Assembly (NCBI GenBank): GCA_963815095.1
Contig: CAWFFH010000003.1
Coordinates: forward strand, 224,001 to 288,000
Source of the DNA: Candidatus Bathyarchaeota archaeon
GTDB taxonomy: Archaea; Thermoproteota; Bathyarchaeia; Bathyarchaeales; Bathycorpusculaceae
Direction of reading: 5' to 3'
DNA: 64,000 nucleotides
Each line of letters starts with the position of its first letter. Positions within the stretch are counted from its first letter, which is position 1. Below are positions 9,773-20,038 of the stretch, piece after piece. The notes beneath the pieces were generated by a model. It saw only the letters and a list, made by a program, of their open reading frames with translations, did not search any database and was not told the DNA's origin. A program made the position numbers and the translations under genes.

Positions 9773-10942
9773 TTATCCTATCAACTTGTTCAAAACGGGT
9801 ATCTTCTTCATAATTAGAATGATGCCGAGACTAACGAATAAGACTAGCACTGTCATTAATGGGACGCCTATAATCGAATTGATTGTGTTGCCGTTAATCG
9901 TGAAACCCAAATAGCCATACTGAAAAGTTTCAAGCACCATTACATGAAATAGGTAAAGTGGCAAGGTGTTTATGCTGATTAAGTGCATCAGTTTTTTAGC
10001 TTTAGATTGGTTCTCAGGCGGGTTCTTAATTGCAGGACTTGCAAGGCTGGCGGCGGAGTAATTCTGTTGCACCGCAGATGACACTGAGATCACTGGTATT
10101 GCTTGATCAGTCGATTTACAGACTGAAGACCCTGGGAATGTATTCAATAACAGAAACAACGCAACTGCGGCTAAGATCAGTGTTGGACTGAGGTAACCTT
10201 GGAAGAAGAACATGGTTCCACCCCCAATAGTCCAAGCTAAAATGTATGTACCAATTGCCGTCAATACAACGCCGACAGATAGCAGAATTGCAATGGTTGA
10301 GCGGCGCATTTGGACAGTTAAGAGGAAAGCGCCTAAAATGAAGTAGCCAGCGTAACCAGTGAACTCAAAAACGTTACTATCCAAACGAAGGGTGGTTAAC
10401 AAGCCGAAAACGGGCAAGATAGCTGCCCCTAAAAACCATAGTGCCAGTAAATATTTTAGTAGATTGAGGTTGGCGTAAGTTATTACTACGCGCATGATTG
10501 GCGTTAAGAGGTAAAGACCCAGCAGTAAATACAGATACCAAAACTGGTAGTGTGGGCCAGTCAATACACCTTGGATTATGGAACCTGTATTGATTGGTTG
10601 ATTGTTAATGTTATGAACGACAAAAAAGTCCCAGGCGAAGTAAACGGCACCCCAAAACACGAACGCTAAACCTATCCGAGCGAAACGTTTCTTAAAAAAT
10701 ACTTTTATGGGCTCATTAATTTTACTTGGCTGAAGAAGAAGGGCACCTGTCAATAAAAGAAACAGAGGGACTCCCATTCGTCCTATACTTTGGTAGAAGT
10801 CAACTGTGGTCCAACGGAAAATTTCAAACGAGTTCATCTGTTGGATTGTTAAGTCGTTGGCGGCATGCAGCAAGATAACGCCTACTATGGCGACTGTGCG
10901 AACCAAATCTACAGGTATAGAAAAACTTCTCTCGCGACTCAA
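9773..10942 (-). CDS. Acyltransferase family 3 (AT3) membrane O-acetyltransferase
   Basis: D.VR.VAI.GVILLH, GVPLFLLLTGALLL, KKRFARI, FWYLY, YLFH; multiple TMs. Confidence 0.88.
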   Translation of the reverse strand: MSRERSFSIPVDLVRTVAIVGVILLHAANDLTIQQMNSFEIFRWTTVDFYQSIGRMGVPLFLLLTGALLLQPSKINEPIKVFFKKRFARIGLAFVFWGAVYFAWDFFVVHNINNQPINTGSIIQGVLTGPHYQFWYLYLLLGLYLLTPIMRVVITYANLNLLKYLLALWFLGAAILPVFGLLTTLRLDSNVFEFTGYAGYFILGAFLLTVQMRRSTIAILLSVGVVLTAIGTYILAWTIGGGTMFFFQGYLSPTLILAAVALFLLLNTFPGSSVCKSTDQAIPVISVSSAVQQNYSAASLASPAIKNPPENQSKAKKLMHLISINTLPLYLFHVMVLETFQYGYLGFTINGNTINSIIGVPLMTVLVLFVSLGIILIMKKIPVLNKLIG

Positions 10943-11044
10943 CGTTTTCCCCTTTTAGGCCAACCTACACCTAAAACAACACTTTAAGCTAATAAAATTT
11001 AACCTCTAAAAAATAATATCTAGATATTTCCTTTCAGAGCTGTT

Positions 11045-11160
11045 TTATGGGTTGCCCCCTGAAATTAACGCTTGATATATAGTGTTGGCGATTGTTTTGT
11101 GCCGTTGGGGTGGACGCCATCAAGGAAACTGGTGGGATGGTTAAGCAATACATGCTGGTC
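11045..11160 (-). pseudogene. 3' remnant of an SGNH/GDSL hydrolase gene
   Basis: Reads LLNHPTSFLDGVHPNG, then after a frameshift KTIANTIYQALISGGNP*. Matches the end of 25919..26599 (LIDHPELFLDGVHPSSDGAKLIAKTIYNALSS). Confidence 0.75.
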
Positions 11161-11307
11161 TAAAATAGTATTTTTTTTTATTAATTAAATTGTTATGGGT
11201 TTATGCGAAATAAATAATTGCGCTCCATAAAGAGGACATTTTCGATAAAACTTTAAATTGTTCTAAACTCAGAGAAAAGGTGCAAACCAAGCGCCTTACA
11301 TCTTTGT

Positions 11308-11420
11308 GCCGGGGTCTCCTAGCCAGGCAGGGAGCAAGCCTGGAGATGCACCTTTAAAGTGCACCAATTAGCTTGTGGCCTCTCGGGGCCACGGGGGTTC
11401 GAATCCCCCTCCCGGCGCCA
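11308..11420 (+). tRNA. tRNA-Ser(GGA) with a 24-nt intron at 37/38 (11346-11369), CCA encoded
   Basis: GCCGGGG/TCCCGGC acceptor, CAAGC/GCTTG anticodon stem, long variable arm, GGGGG-TTCGAAT-CCCCC, G73. BHB with AGA and TTA bulges and a TGCAC/GTGCA intron hairpin. Confidence 0.93.
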
Positions 11421-11689
11421 TTTTACCCGTCATAGTTGTTTTAGCATATTTTGTATAAAATATACCATAGTTAAAGTTCATTCAAATTAGTGATGGCTGC
11501 ATTTGAAATCGTGAAAAGCAGGAAGGCGAGTTGTACTCAAATGCCCACCAAATGCATATATTGAGTTAACAAGTTGAGTTCGACTCTTCAGCGAGGTTCC
11601 TGGTCGAAGTAATATGCTGTTGTAGTTAGTTATCAATCACAAAAGGTTAACTTGCAAGCGCCATTTAATCTCTTGAGGTTTAGTTATCT

Positions 11690-12094
11690 ATGGAAAAAGA
11701 ACTGCTTTTTGAAGGAACTGAGAATACCAGCTCAGTAAATATAAAAGAATTTACTCCATCAGGCGTAAGACTTGAAATCACAGTTGCCGGTAAAGTAAGC
11801 GGTAAGGTGACTGGACAAATTATGTCTACACATAACATTCTCATGAAACCTGGCGGTACAAGCGACCTTGACCTAAAATCAATCATATTCAGCAATGGCG
11901 AGCCTATTTTCGAAATGGGAAAGGCCAGCGGAAAACTCATTGACCCAACTCCAATAGGAAAGATTGAAGCAAACCTTACATTCCAAACCCCTTCCCAAAA
12001 ACTGGCATACCTGAACACAACCAAAGGCTGGTCAGAAGCCACATACAACATGGCAACAGGCGAATACGTCTTCAAGGTCTACGCCGTAAAATAG
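11690..12094 (+). CDS. Hypothetical beta-rich protein
   Basis: 134-aa ORF with GAGGT RBS and downstream T-run; no family recognised. Confidence 0.65.
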   Translation: MEKELLFEGTENTSSVNIKEFTPSGVRLEITVAGKVSGKVTGQIMSTHNILMKPGGTSDLDLKSIIFSNGEPIFEMGKASGKLIDPTPIGKIEANLTFQTPSQKLAYLNTTKGWSEATYNMATGEYVFKVYAVK

Positions 12095-12697
12095 AAACGT
12101 AAAGTACCCTATCTGTATTTTTTTAACTATAACTTAATTCAACCTAAAAGGAGGAAAAAGTCATATTCACTAAAATGCAAACTTCAGAAGAACTTCATGA
12201 AGTGCTAATAAATGGTCTCTATGAACATTTGAAACCCCAAATTGATTTTTCAGAGTAACTTATAGAAAATTGTAGGTGCTTTTTTGTCTTCGATTATTAT
12301 GCCATTTGAAATTAGTGGAGTTCAATACGGAACTCCGATTGTCTAAATCCCAGGTGGTCTTAGTGGGTTGGGTCAGTTGGAAGCCTCATGCAAAAGTATG
12401 TCCAAGAATTTTAAAGTTGTACGAGAAATCCAGCTTCTGAATATGGTAGCTGGCGAAAAAGAATCAATCTCCCCTGAAGGTCATTCTCTTCGCACTTAAA
12501 GTGAGGCTCTCAAAAGCCCATTTCCCAGATTTATTGAGTTCTTTCCTTCTTAGAGCACGTCCTGCAAAGGGACTCTCACCTTTTTGGAGATGTGTTCGGT
12601 CCGATTCATCTTAAAGAAATTAAGAAAAGAATAGGTCTGAAAGCATCTCGAAACACCGTTTTTTGAAAAAAAGAGAAAAACCAATATTAGTCCAGGC

Positions 12698-15600
12698 TTA
12701 TTTGATATCGATCTCTTTTCTAGTTGGTGGCAAACGCAGGATGAAAGTTGTACCATTCCCTTCCTGGCTTTCAAAAGTTACCGTACCCCCTAAAGCTTCG
12801 ATCATACGCTTGACAACGGCTAACCCTAGACCTTGACCTTTAGATTTAGTGGTGAAAAATGGAGTAAATAACTTCGGCTTAACTTTATCAGAGATTCCGA
12901 TACCTGTATCCTTAACAGTAATGATATTATGTCCAGATTCTTGGTATGCTCTAAGAGTTAGTTCTCCGCCATTAGGCATAGCTTGAATAGCATTAGATAC
13001 CAGATTGCCGAGGATTCGCTTTAGTAAATTACAATCAATCACGATTCTTTTAGCGGTCTTATCGACTCTGCAAGAAGTTTTTATGTTCTGTGGTTTATTC
13101 TTAAGTAAATTTTTACATAAAACTTCTAAGTCGGTTTCTTGAGCAACAGGATTAATAATTTTCGAGTAGTCTTGAAGATCAGCCACAATCTTGTTAATGT
13201 AATCAATGTTCGTCTCAATCTCTTGGAGACTTTCTAACATATTCTTTTTCTCATTGCTCTCAGGAATTGAAGCCAGTTCAACTTTAGCCAAATAGACATC
13301 GCTTGTAATCGCCTGTAATGGATTGCGAATATCATGCCCGACCATACCAGCCGTCTCGCCTATTGCGGCCAATCGTTGATTCTTTTCAAGTTGTTTTCTG
13401 TCGCTAGCATCGACAAATGACAAGACAGCGCCATCTATTTTGTCTTCTTGTGTTATGTAGGGACGAATCCGCATTTCAAAATAATTGCCTTGCGAATCCC
13501 TTACTTCTTCTGAAATACCCCTTAGTTTAGAAATCACTTCTGAAATTATTCCTCTCAAGTCTTCAACAATTACGTTAAGTTTTATAGTTGTCAGTGGAAT
13601 TCCAACCATTGAGGGTGAAAGACCCAGAATTTTCTGCGCAGAAGGCGAAAACAGTCTAATCCTTAAACTTTTATCGATTATGACAATTGCTGGATCTACG
13701 TTCCTATTCAAATTCGTTAAATCGTCGTTCAACTGGGCAAGCGTTTGGTTTCGGTTTTTAACCTCGTCATTTAACGTTTTTAGTTCTTCGTTGCTTGACT
13801 GAAGCTCTTCTTTTGCTGTTTCCAATTCCTCATTTGTACTCTGCAACTCCTCGTTGGTTGACTGCGCCTCCTCCATTGTGGTCCTGAGCTCTTCATTTGT
13901 CGCTTCCTGTGTTTCAATAATTCTCTGCAAAGTCTGTTTAGTCGAATCCAACTCTTCCCTGAGCACTCTATTTTGACGGTCCTTAACGTTCTCCCGTCCT
14001 TTAGAAGTGATATTTAACTCCATTGTTTGACGAAGAAGATCAGCCCCTGCACTTACATCTTCAAACAAGAGAAGATAAAACGGCGATTCATACTGCTCAA
14101 CATGTAGTGGGACAACTTTGATGTTGATTGTTTTCAGTTCTCCGGAATATTCAAACCGCACAGCATTTTCTTTGACAGGTTTGTCCTCTTTTTTTGCCCT
14201 ATAGATTACTGTTTGCACTTCAGACCTTAACTCTTTGCGAATAATCTTTGCCAGATTCAAACTTGCCAATCCCGATTCGGGCAATACATATGGTGCAATA
14301 GCTCCTCGAAAAATCAGAACATCCAAATCAACATTAACCAACAACGCTGCAGGAACATACTCAGTGATGAGCAAATGGTCAACCTCATCCCTTAACATTG
14401 ATAGCGCATCTTTCTTCTCAGGTTCCTTGACTTCTTTATGTTTTAGATAAGGCGATGATACTTGAAAACCAAAATTAATGCTGGGTTGAGCCCTCTTCTT
14501 CTCGTAGATGGAACACTTTTTGTTTGCTGGTTCAAATAATTGGGTGAATTTTCCAATAGTTTCAGACTGCCCTAAGACCAAAAAACCGCCTATTTTTAAT
14601 GCGTAATGCAAAATCGGCACTACTTTTTCGTGAAGGCTCTCGTCAAAGTATATGAGCATATTGCGGCAGCTAATAAGATCCATATTGGAGAAAGGCGGGT
14701 CTGCAGTGATGTCTTGCTTTGCGAAAACACACATGTCTCTTATGGTTTTTACGATTTGATAGTTACCGTTAGAGCTTGTGAAGAAACGTTTTAGTCGTTG
14801 TTCAGGAACATCGGTTTCTATGGCTCTTAGATAGATTCCTTGTCTTGCTTTTTCAACGTTTTTTTCATTCACGTCGGTGCCAAAGATTTGGACCTGAATA
14901 TTCGTTAAAGCATTTTCTTTGAGGTAATCTTGAATTGCTATAGCGAAGGAGTAAGCTTCCTCTCCTGTTGAGCACCCAGGAATCCAAATTCGAATAGGCT
15001 CGTTTGGCGAACGGTTTTTCACCAACTTTGGAAAGACCGTTTCTTTCAAAGCGACGAATGTTTCAGGTTCCCTAAAGAAACTTGTTACTCCAATGAGCAT
15101 GTCATTATATAACGCTTCGAGTTCATTTGGATGAGCCCGCAGATACTCTGCGTAAGAGGTCATGGTTTTTAAATGATTAATTACCATTCGTCGTGTCACA
15201 CGACGGTTTACGACTGTTTCTTTGTAGTGTGAGAAATCAATATTAAAATTGGATTTTAGCAAAGAAAATATTGCAATTATGGCTGTTTCTTTCTTAGGTT
15301 TTGCCTCTATTGTTCCAGTTTCGTCTCTTGCTGCGATTTCGCTTCGAGCATGTTGAGGGTTCATGGAGATTTTTTGCAGCTCAATGGCAATCTTGTCAGG
15401 GGTCAGGATAAAATCTGCAGCTTCTGCAGAAATAGCACTTTGAGGCATATCGCCATACTGCGCAGAATTGGGAGTTTGAGCGAAAGTGATTCCGCCCTGA
15501 GCTTTTATGGCTTTTAGGCCCTCAGTTCCATCAGAGCCTGTCCCTGAAAGTACGATACCTATGCTTTGATTTTTTAAGTCTTCGGCCAAGGAGACAAAGA

Positions 15601-16009
15601 AAGCATCTATTGGTTTCAGAGACTTACCCTTCGGGTTTAGGTTGAGGATTTTGTTATCCACAGTCATGGTGGTTCCAGGCGGAATAACGTAAACATTGTT
15701 TGGTTCAACTGACATCTTATCTTTGACTGCTTGGACAGTCATTTTGGTAAATCTTGAAAGAATATCAGTCAACATACTTTCTTGTCCAGGAGCAAGATGT
15801 TGGATAACTACAAAAGACAAGCCAGTATCGACAGCTAAACATTCAAGTAAACTTTTGAATGCTTCTAAGCCGCCTGCAGAAGCGCCAATTCCAACTATAG
15901 GAACTCCTTGAATAGCTTGGTCAGAAAGGGATTTATTATAAAACTGCTTGGCTACTTCTTTTTGTTTTTCGGGAATTTTGTTTCCCCCCACAGTATTGAA
16001 AGGTGTCAT
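12698..16009 (-). CDS. CheB methylesterase-CheR methyltransferase-coiled coil-PAS-histidine kinase fusion
   Basis: GASAGG/QH/GSDG (CheB triad), GCSTGEE/GTD/CRN (CheR), EELQS repeats, PAS-like region, HDIRNPLQ, NAIQA, DTGIG, FFTTK, GQGLGL. Likely ATG at 16009. Confidence 0.93.
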   Translation of the reverse strand: MTPFNTVGGNKIPEKQKEVAKQFYNKSLSDQAIQGVPIVGIGASAGGLEAFKSLLECLAVDTGLSFVVIQHLAPGQESMLTDILSRFTKMTVQAVKDKMSVEPNNVYVIPPGTTMTVDNKILNLNPKGKSLKPIDAFFVSLAEDLKNQSIGIVLSGTGSDGTEGLKAIKAQGGITFAQTPNSAQYGDMPQSAISAEAADFILTPDKIAIELQKISMNPQHARSEIAARDETGTIEAKPKKETAIIAIFSLLKSNFNIDFSHYKETVVNRRVTRRMVINHLKTMTSYAEYLRAHPNELEALYNDMLIGVTSFFREPETFVALKETVFPKLVKNRSPNEPIRIWIPGCSTGEEAYSFAIAIQDYLKENALTNIQVQIFGTDVNEKNVEKARQGIYLRAIETDVPEQRLKRFFTSSNGNYQIVKTIRDMCVFAKQDITADPPFSNMDLISCRNMLIYFDESLHEKVVPILHYALKIGGFLVLGQSETIGKFTQLFEPANKKCSIYEKKRAQPSINFGFQVSSPYLKHKEVKEPEKKDALSMLRDEVDHLLITEYVPAALLVNVDLDVLIFRGAIAPYVLPESGLASLNLAKIIRKELRSEVQTVIYRAKKEDKPVKENAVRFEYSGELKTINIKVVPLHVEQYESPFYLLLFEDVSAGADLLRQTMELNITSKGRENVKDRQNRVLREELDSTKQTLQRIIETQEATNEELRTTMEEAQSTNEELQSTNEELETAKEELQSSNEELKTLNDEVKNRNQTLAQLNDDLTNLNRNVDPAIVIIDKSLRIRLFSPSAQKILGLSPSMVGIPLTTIKLNVIVEDLRGIISEVISKLRGISEEVRDSQGNYFEMRIRPYITQEDKIDGAVLSFVDASDRKQLEKNQRLAAIGETAGMVGHDIRNPLQAITSDVYLAKVELASIPESNEKKNMLESLQEIETNIDYINKIVADLQDYSKIINPVAQETDLEVLCKNLLKNKPQNIKTSCRVDKTAKRIVIDCNLLKRILGNLVSNAIQAMPNGGELTLRAYQESGHNIITVKDTGIGISDKVKPKLFTPFFTTKSKGQGLGLAVVKRMIEALGGTVTFESQEGNGTTFILRLPPTRKEIDIK

Positions 16010-16175
16010 CGAGGTAACTCCCAGATGTACAACGTTGTATTGTTGTACAAAATAAACGCATAAAAGGTTATGCGTACGGTACGAAAAAACACAACGATTC
16101 ACCAATACAACATAATTACGTCTGGTTTAATTGGTACAAACAGAAGATTCGATCTATGCTAAAACCTTCTTCAAT

Positions 16176-17125
16176 TCACTTCATTAAAAGCGCTTTACCT
16201 TTATCAAAAACATACGCAAATCCGGAGTATATTCTGAGATAATAGGCCCAATATCCTTTCCAATTGCCGTACTTCTCAGCTATCTGACATACATTTCATT
16301 GCTTATAGGTTCTTCTTTTCCAGAATAAATTCTGGCTACATCTAAAGCAAGCTGTGGTTCAATGTTTGACAGTTCATCCATTCTTCACAATCCTCGTATC
16401 ATTATAAAGTTGGCAGACCAAACTCCAACACCTTTGATATCAGTCAACCAATCATAAACTTCATCATAAGGCGCGATTCTGAGCCATTGCTCATCAATTT
16501 TACTGAACGCGTTTGCCACACCTGATAGGTACTCTGTCTTTCTCTTATTTGACACCAATTGAGGTAACTCGACAGATGCAGCCACAAGATTAGACGGCTC
16601 TGGAAATGAAAAATATTCAACACCTTTAACTTTAATTTGACCACCTAATTTCTTGACAATGTTTTCTTTCATTTTGCGAGCTACAGCCATTGGTATTCTT
16701 TGGGCTAGAATTGCCCAACAAGCAATTTCAAAGGGCGTCAAGAACTTTACTTGTTTGTGGCCATAAAACTTCTTGATTGCGGGTTGTATGCATTCGTCTT
16801 TTTTGGCTATTTCGTAAAACTCTTTTAAATTGTCTTGGAGGCTTAGAAAGAAGCTTATCCGGTCAGCAACCAACGTCTTGACTTCGTCAGTGAATTTTGC
16901 TTCCGTATATGCTGTGAATTGTAACATTGGGTTTTCAACGGTCCCAATGTCGGTTACTTCAAAAGCGACTATTTTGCCTTTTACTTGAACAGCTTTTGTA
17001 AAAGAACCACTTCTTACTTCTTGTTCATTTTGCATAGGACTAAAATCAGATAGAAATTCTAGAGATTTGGAGAAATCAAAAGGAGCAACTGGTTTCAATG
17101 TACTTTCAAAAGAATAAAGAGACAA
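16176..17125 (-). pseudogene. AlkA-like DNA-3-methyladenine glycosylase (HhH-GPD), disrupted
   Basis: ILAQRI, FP.P, IKGVGVWSA. In-frame TGA in RGL*RMD where Gly is expected, then a frameshift near 16295 before YGNWKGYWAYYLR. Confidence 0.82.
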
Positions 17126-17488
17126 GAAAACTACCTAAATTTATTGTTATGAAACAGCTATTTTAAAGAATCGTTAGTTCTTTTGATTGAAGGTTACCTA
17201 ACAATGGGGTACTCCTTCAATCACATTGAATTGAGGAAAGAGTTGATCTAAATCTCGAAAGACAAGATATGTTTTTATCCTTATCACACAACGCAAAAAC
17301 TAAGCATATACCCCAATTGCATCATTATTGTCATTAAAGAAGCCAAAACGATTCCAATGAAAGATTAACTTAAAAGCATGCGATTTTGCCTTCCAAATTT
17401 CATTGCTTGCTTTCAAATTGTCCTTTTCTGTTTTCAACCCACAAAATAAAATAATTGTTAGCTACTTATAGTTCATGAGGAATTGTGA

Positions 17489-17656
17489 TTGGTTTTAGAC
17501 ATTGTTTGCGGAATGGAAATAGACGAGAAAAAGGCAAAATCGAAATCAGAGTACAAAGGCAAAACTTACTATTTTTGTGGACCCATGTGCAAATTAGAGT
17601 TCGACGAGAACCCCGAAAAATACTTGTCAGATGCCCAAGCTTTTTTGAACAAATGA
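17489..17656 (+). CDS. YHS/TRASH-domain small metal-binding protein (55 aa, not in ORF track)
   Basis: [45 protein letters not shown]: D.VCGM...Y.G..YYFC...C...F...PEKY. Confidence 0.88.
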   Translation: MVLDIVCGMEIDEKKAKSKSEYKGKTYYFCGPMCKLEFDENPEKYLSDAQAFLNK

Positions 17657-17739
17657 ACAAAAAAACCTCATTTGATATAGCTTCTGTACAGTCACAACCT
17701 CTTAAATACCTATTCCTTACTTAGTCAAAGTGTGATTTT

Positions 17740-18276
17740 ATGTCAGCAAGTACATCTCTCAGACAAGCCATGAGAAGATTATGGATGGACCATACGGTAT
17801 ACACGCGATTATACATTGTTTCAGCATTTGCAGACCTACCTGATGCACAAACAGTTGCAGGAAGGCTGCTTAGAAACCAAGAAGACATCGGAAACGCTAT
17901 TGTTCCATACTATGGAAAAGACGCCGGCAATAAACTTACAGATCTACTAAAACAGCACATCCTTATAGCAACTGAAGTAGTAGCTGCAGCAAAATCAGGT
18001 GACCAAGACAAACTTGGTGAAAGCTATAATAAATGGGTAGCAAACGCGGATGACATAGCCGGATTTTTAAGTTCAGCTAATCCAAATTGGCCAAAGAAAG
18101 ACGCCGCCGATCTTCTCCACCTACATCTGCAATTAATCAAAGAATTCGTAGTCGCTAGATTAGCCAAAAATTATTCCGAAGACATCAAAAAACTCGATGA
18201 ATACTTTACAGAAGGCATGCTAATTGCAGATACTCTTTCCGAAGGCGTAATCAAACAATTCGCTAATAAATTCTAA
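17740..18276 (+). CDS. Helical-bundle protein with repeated His motifs, function unknown
   Basis: LW.DH..YTR, RLLRNQEDIG, LL..H, W..NADDIA.FLS.ANP.W. Confidence 0.7.
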   Translation: MSASTSLRQAMRRLWMDHTVYTRLYIVSAFADLPDAQTVAGRLLRNQEDIGNAIVPYYGKDAGNKLTDLLKQHILIATEVVAAAKSGDQDKLGESYNKWVANADDIAGFLSSANPNWPKKDAADLLHLHLQLIKEFVVARLAKNYSEDIKKLDEYFTEGMLIADTLSEGVIKQFANKF

Positions 18277-18297
18277 AGAACCTGTGAGATTATAGCC

Positions 18298-18849
18298 TTG
18301 GCCCTTTTTTCTATAACTTATCCATTCGAAATTGGGCAAAAAGCACCCCCATTCAAAAACTTGCTAGGTGTCGATGGCAAACAGTATTCGCTTTCTAGCT
18401 TCGATGATAAACAAATAATTATTTTGCTGTTTATGGCTAATCGCTGCCCAACCGCAAGAGTATACACTGATAGGCTGAAGACAATTCAAAACGACTACGG
18501 GCCAAAAGGCGTTCAGCTTATCGGAATAAATTCGGATAATCAATATTTTTATTCAACTGAAGCCTTATCGAAGATGCTTGGTATATCAGAAGAAAGAAAT
18601 TATAATTTTCCCTATTTAAAAGATGAGGACCAGTCTGTAGCAAAAAGCTACGGCGCGTTAGTAACCCTGCACGCTTTTGTGCTTGATAATCAAAGGAAAC
18701 TGCGGTATAGGGGAAGAGTGGATGATTCTCGTGACCCTTCCAAAGTAACGATCAGTAGTCTAAGAAACGCTTTAGACGATTTGCTTGGGGGCAATGAGGT
18801 TAGAACTCCAGAAACGCGACCATTTGCTTGCAGCATAGAGTATTTCTGA
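18298..18849 (+). CDS. Thioredoxin-fold AhpC/TSA-like protein
   Basis: G..APPF..L.GVDGK.YSL, ANRCP, GINS, FPYL.DE.Q.VA..YGA, YRGRVDD, ACSI. Confidence 0.85.
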   Translation: MALFSITYPFEIGQKAPPFKNLLGVDGKQYSLSSFDDKQIIILLFMANRCPTARVYTDRLKTIQNDYGPKGVQLIGINSDNQYFYSTEALSKMLGISEERNYNFPYLKDEDQSVAKSYGALVTLHAFVLDNQRKLRYRGRVDDSRDPSKVTISSLRNALDDLLGGNEVRTPETRPFACSIEYF

Positions 18850-19104
18850 CAACAGAATTAGAGGAAACCAAAATGACTATTAGATTTTTGGATAGGGGAC
18901 TTTGAAATAGAACTCTACCACCTCAATTCAAAATGGTTAAAACAAAGAAGGTAATTTAGAAAAAATCATCATTCGGCAAATGACATTTGACGAATACCCA
19001 TTTAGGGGTAGCAGGATCTATTTATCATCTACTTCTTTTTACTGGAAAAATTTTAAACAAGAACAAAGAAAGAAAAGCCAGCTAACAAGAATATTCGTGT
19101 TTGC

Positions 19105-19458
19105 TTATTCTTCCTCATCCACATTCAGAAAGCGCTTTATTGTGACCATAATTTCCTGTAGCCCTTTATCGGTCAGAGGTGGATTGTATGGAATTCTAAG
19201 AACATCCCAGCCTTGAGCCGTTAAAAGGTCATCAATTTCTTCGTCGCGCTCTATTGCTTTGTCTTTTTTGTGCACAGGTATGCCGTCTATGTAGACGATT
19301 TTGCGTTTTTCCATCCAGCAAAAATCAGGAATCGTTGATTTTAGGATGATCGGTTGTTGCGTAACCATGCCAGTTGTTAATCCAGATGCGCTTAATGCTT
19401 TGAAAACCTCGATTTCCGCTCGGCTTACTTTTGGGTGCATGCGTTCTTTATAGCTCAA
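19105..19458 (-). CDS. DUF559/Vsr-like endonuclease
   Basis: S.AE, PDF, YIDG..H, RD...D..L...GW.VLRI. Confidence 0.8.
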   Translation of the reverse strand: MSYKERMHPKVSRAEIEVFKALSASGLTTGMVTQQPIILKSTIPDFCWMEKRKIVYIDGIPVHKKDKAIERDEEIDDLLTAQGWDVLRIPYNPPLTDKGLQEIMVTIKRFLNVDEEE

Positions 19459-19552
19459 GGTAACTCACGAAGGGTAGCATTGCATATGAGCCTTAATAAA
19501 TTATATACTAGAAACCGATTAAACTATAGTGGCACGCCGTAACTAAAAGTAG

Positions 19553-19662
19553 GCTTGACGGATCGCCCATGTCAATCCAAGACGCCAATCAAAAGTAATC
19601 CCCTAATCCTTCTTTAGGGGCGTATCAATTGCGCGTCATGATTAACGGCTGACCCGTCAAGC
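19553..19662 (-). ncRNA. Putative rod-like structured RNA (about 110-nt irregular hairpin)
   Basis: Nested stems on the minus strand: GCTTGACGGG/TCCGTCAAGC, GCC/GGC, TTAATC/GATTGA, GACGC/GCGTC, CAATT/GATTG, CCCCTAA/TTAGGGG. Mismatches become G-U pairs on this strand. Confidence 0.5.
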
Positions 19663-20038
19663 GTGGGTGTACCTCTTGGATGGCTATTTCTCGCAAGAGA
19701 ACAATTATTTATCAGCTATAAATGGTGTTGTGACTGTATTATAGTAACAACAAGCGTGTGAGCACTGCCGCCTTCATTAACTCAAAAGTCGCAACAGAAT
19801 GCGAATTATCAAACGCGATCAAGCAACAGCCCAAGATACCTATGAAAATGGAGAGAGAAAGAATCATCAACAGGACCTTTGCTGCGGTTATGCTTAACTT
19901 TTCTAGCCACCAACTTTGCACCTACTCATTGCACTCGGCTGATTAGCAAATGAGCTTTAATTAGCCAGAATAAAGATTAAAAATCAACATCAAAAAATAA
20001 CTAAAATAAGAAAAAAGTAGTGATTGAATAATTTTCTT

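Noticed and set aside
11570-11610. T-arm-like GAGTTCGACTC after tRNA-Ser as an att duplication or tRNA fragment
   Set aside because: It does not match the tRNA-Ser 3' end, forms no cloverleaf, and no integrase is present.
13780-13900. Imperfect 21-nt tandem repeats
   Set aside because: These are the coding heptads (NEELQST) of the CheBR coiled coil.
16385-16387. In-frame TGA in alkA as selenocysteine or readthrough
   Set aside because: The position corresponds to Gly (RGLGR), not Cys, and a second frameshift follows, so a nonsense mutation is simpler.
17185-17222. GATTGAAGG/CCTTCAATC hairpin
   Set aside because: Single isolated copy; cannot be told apart from chance, an operator or a terminator.
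17485-17724. 79-aa ORF in the track
   Set aside because: Wrong frame; the YHS protein at 17489..17656 is the supported gene.
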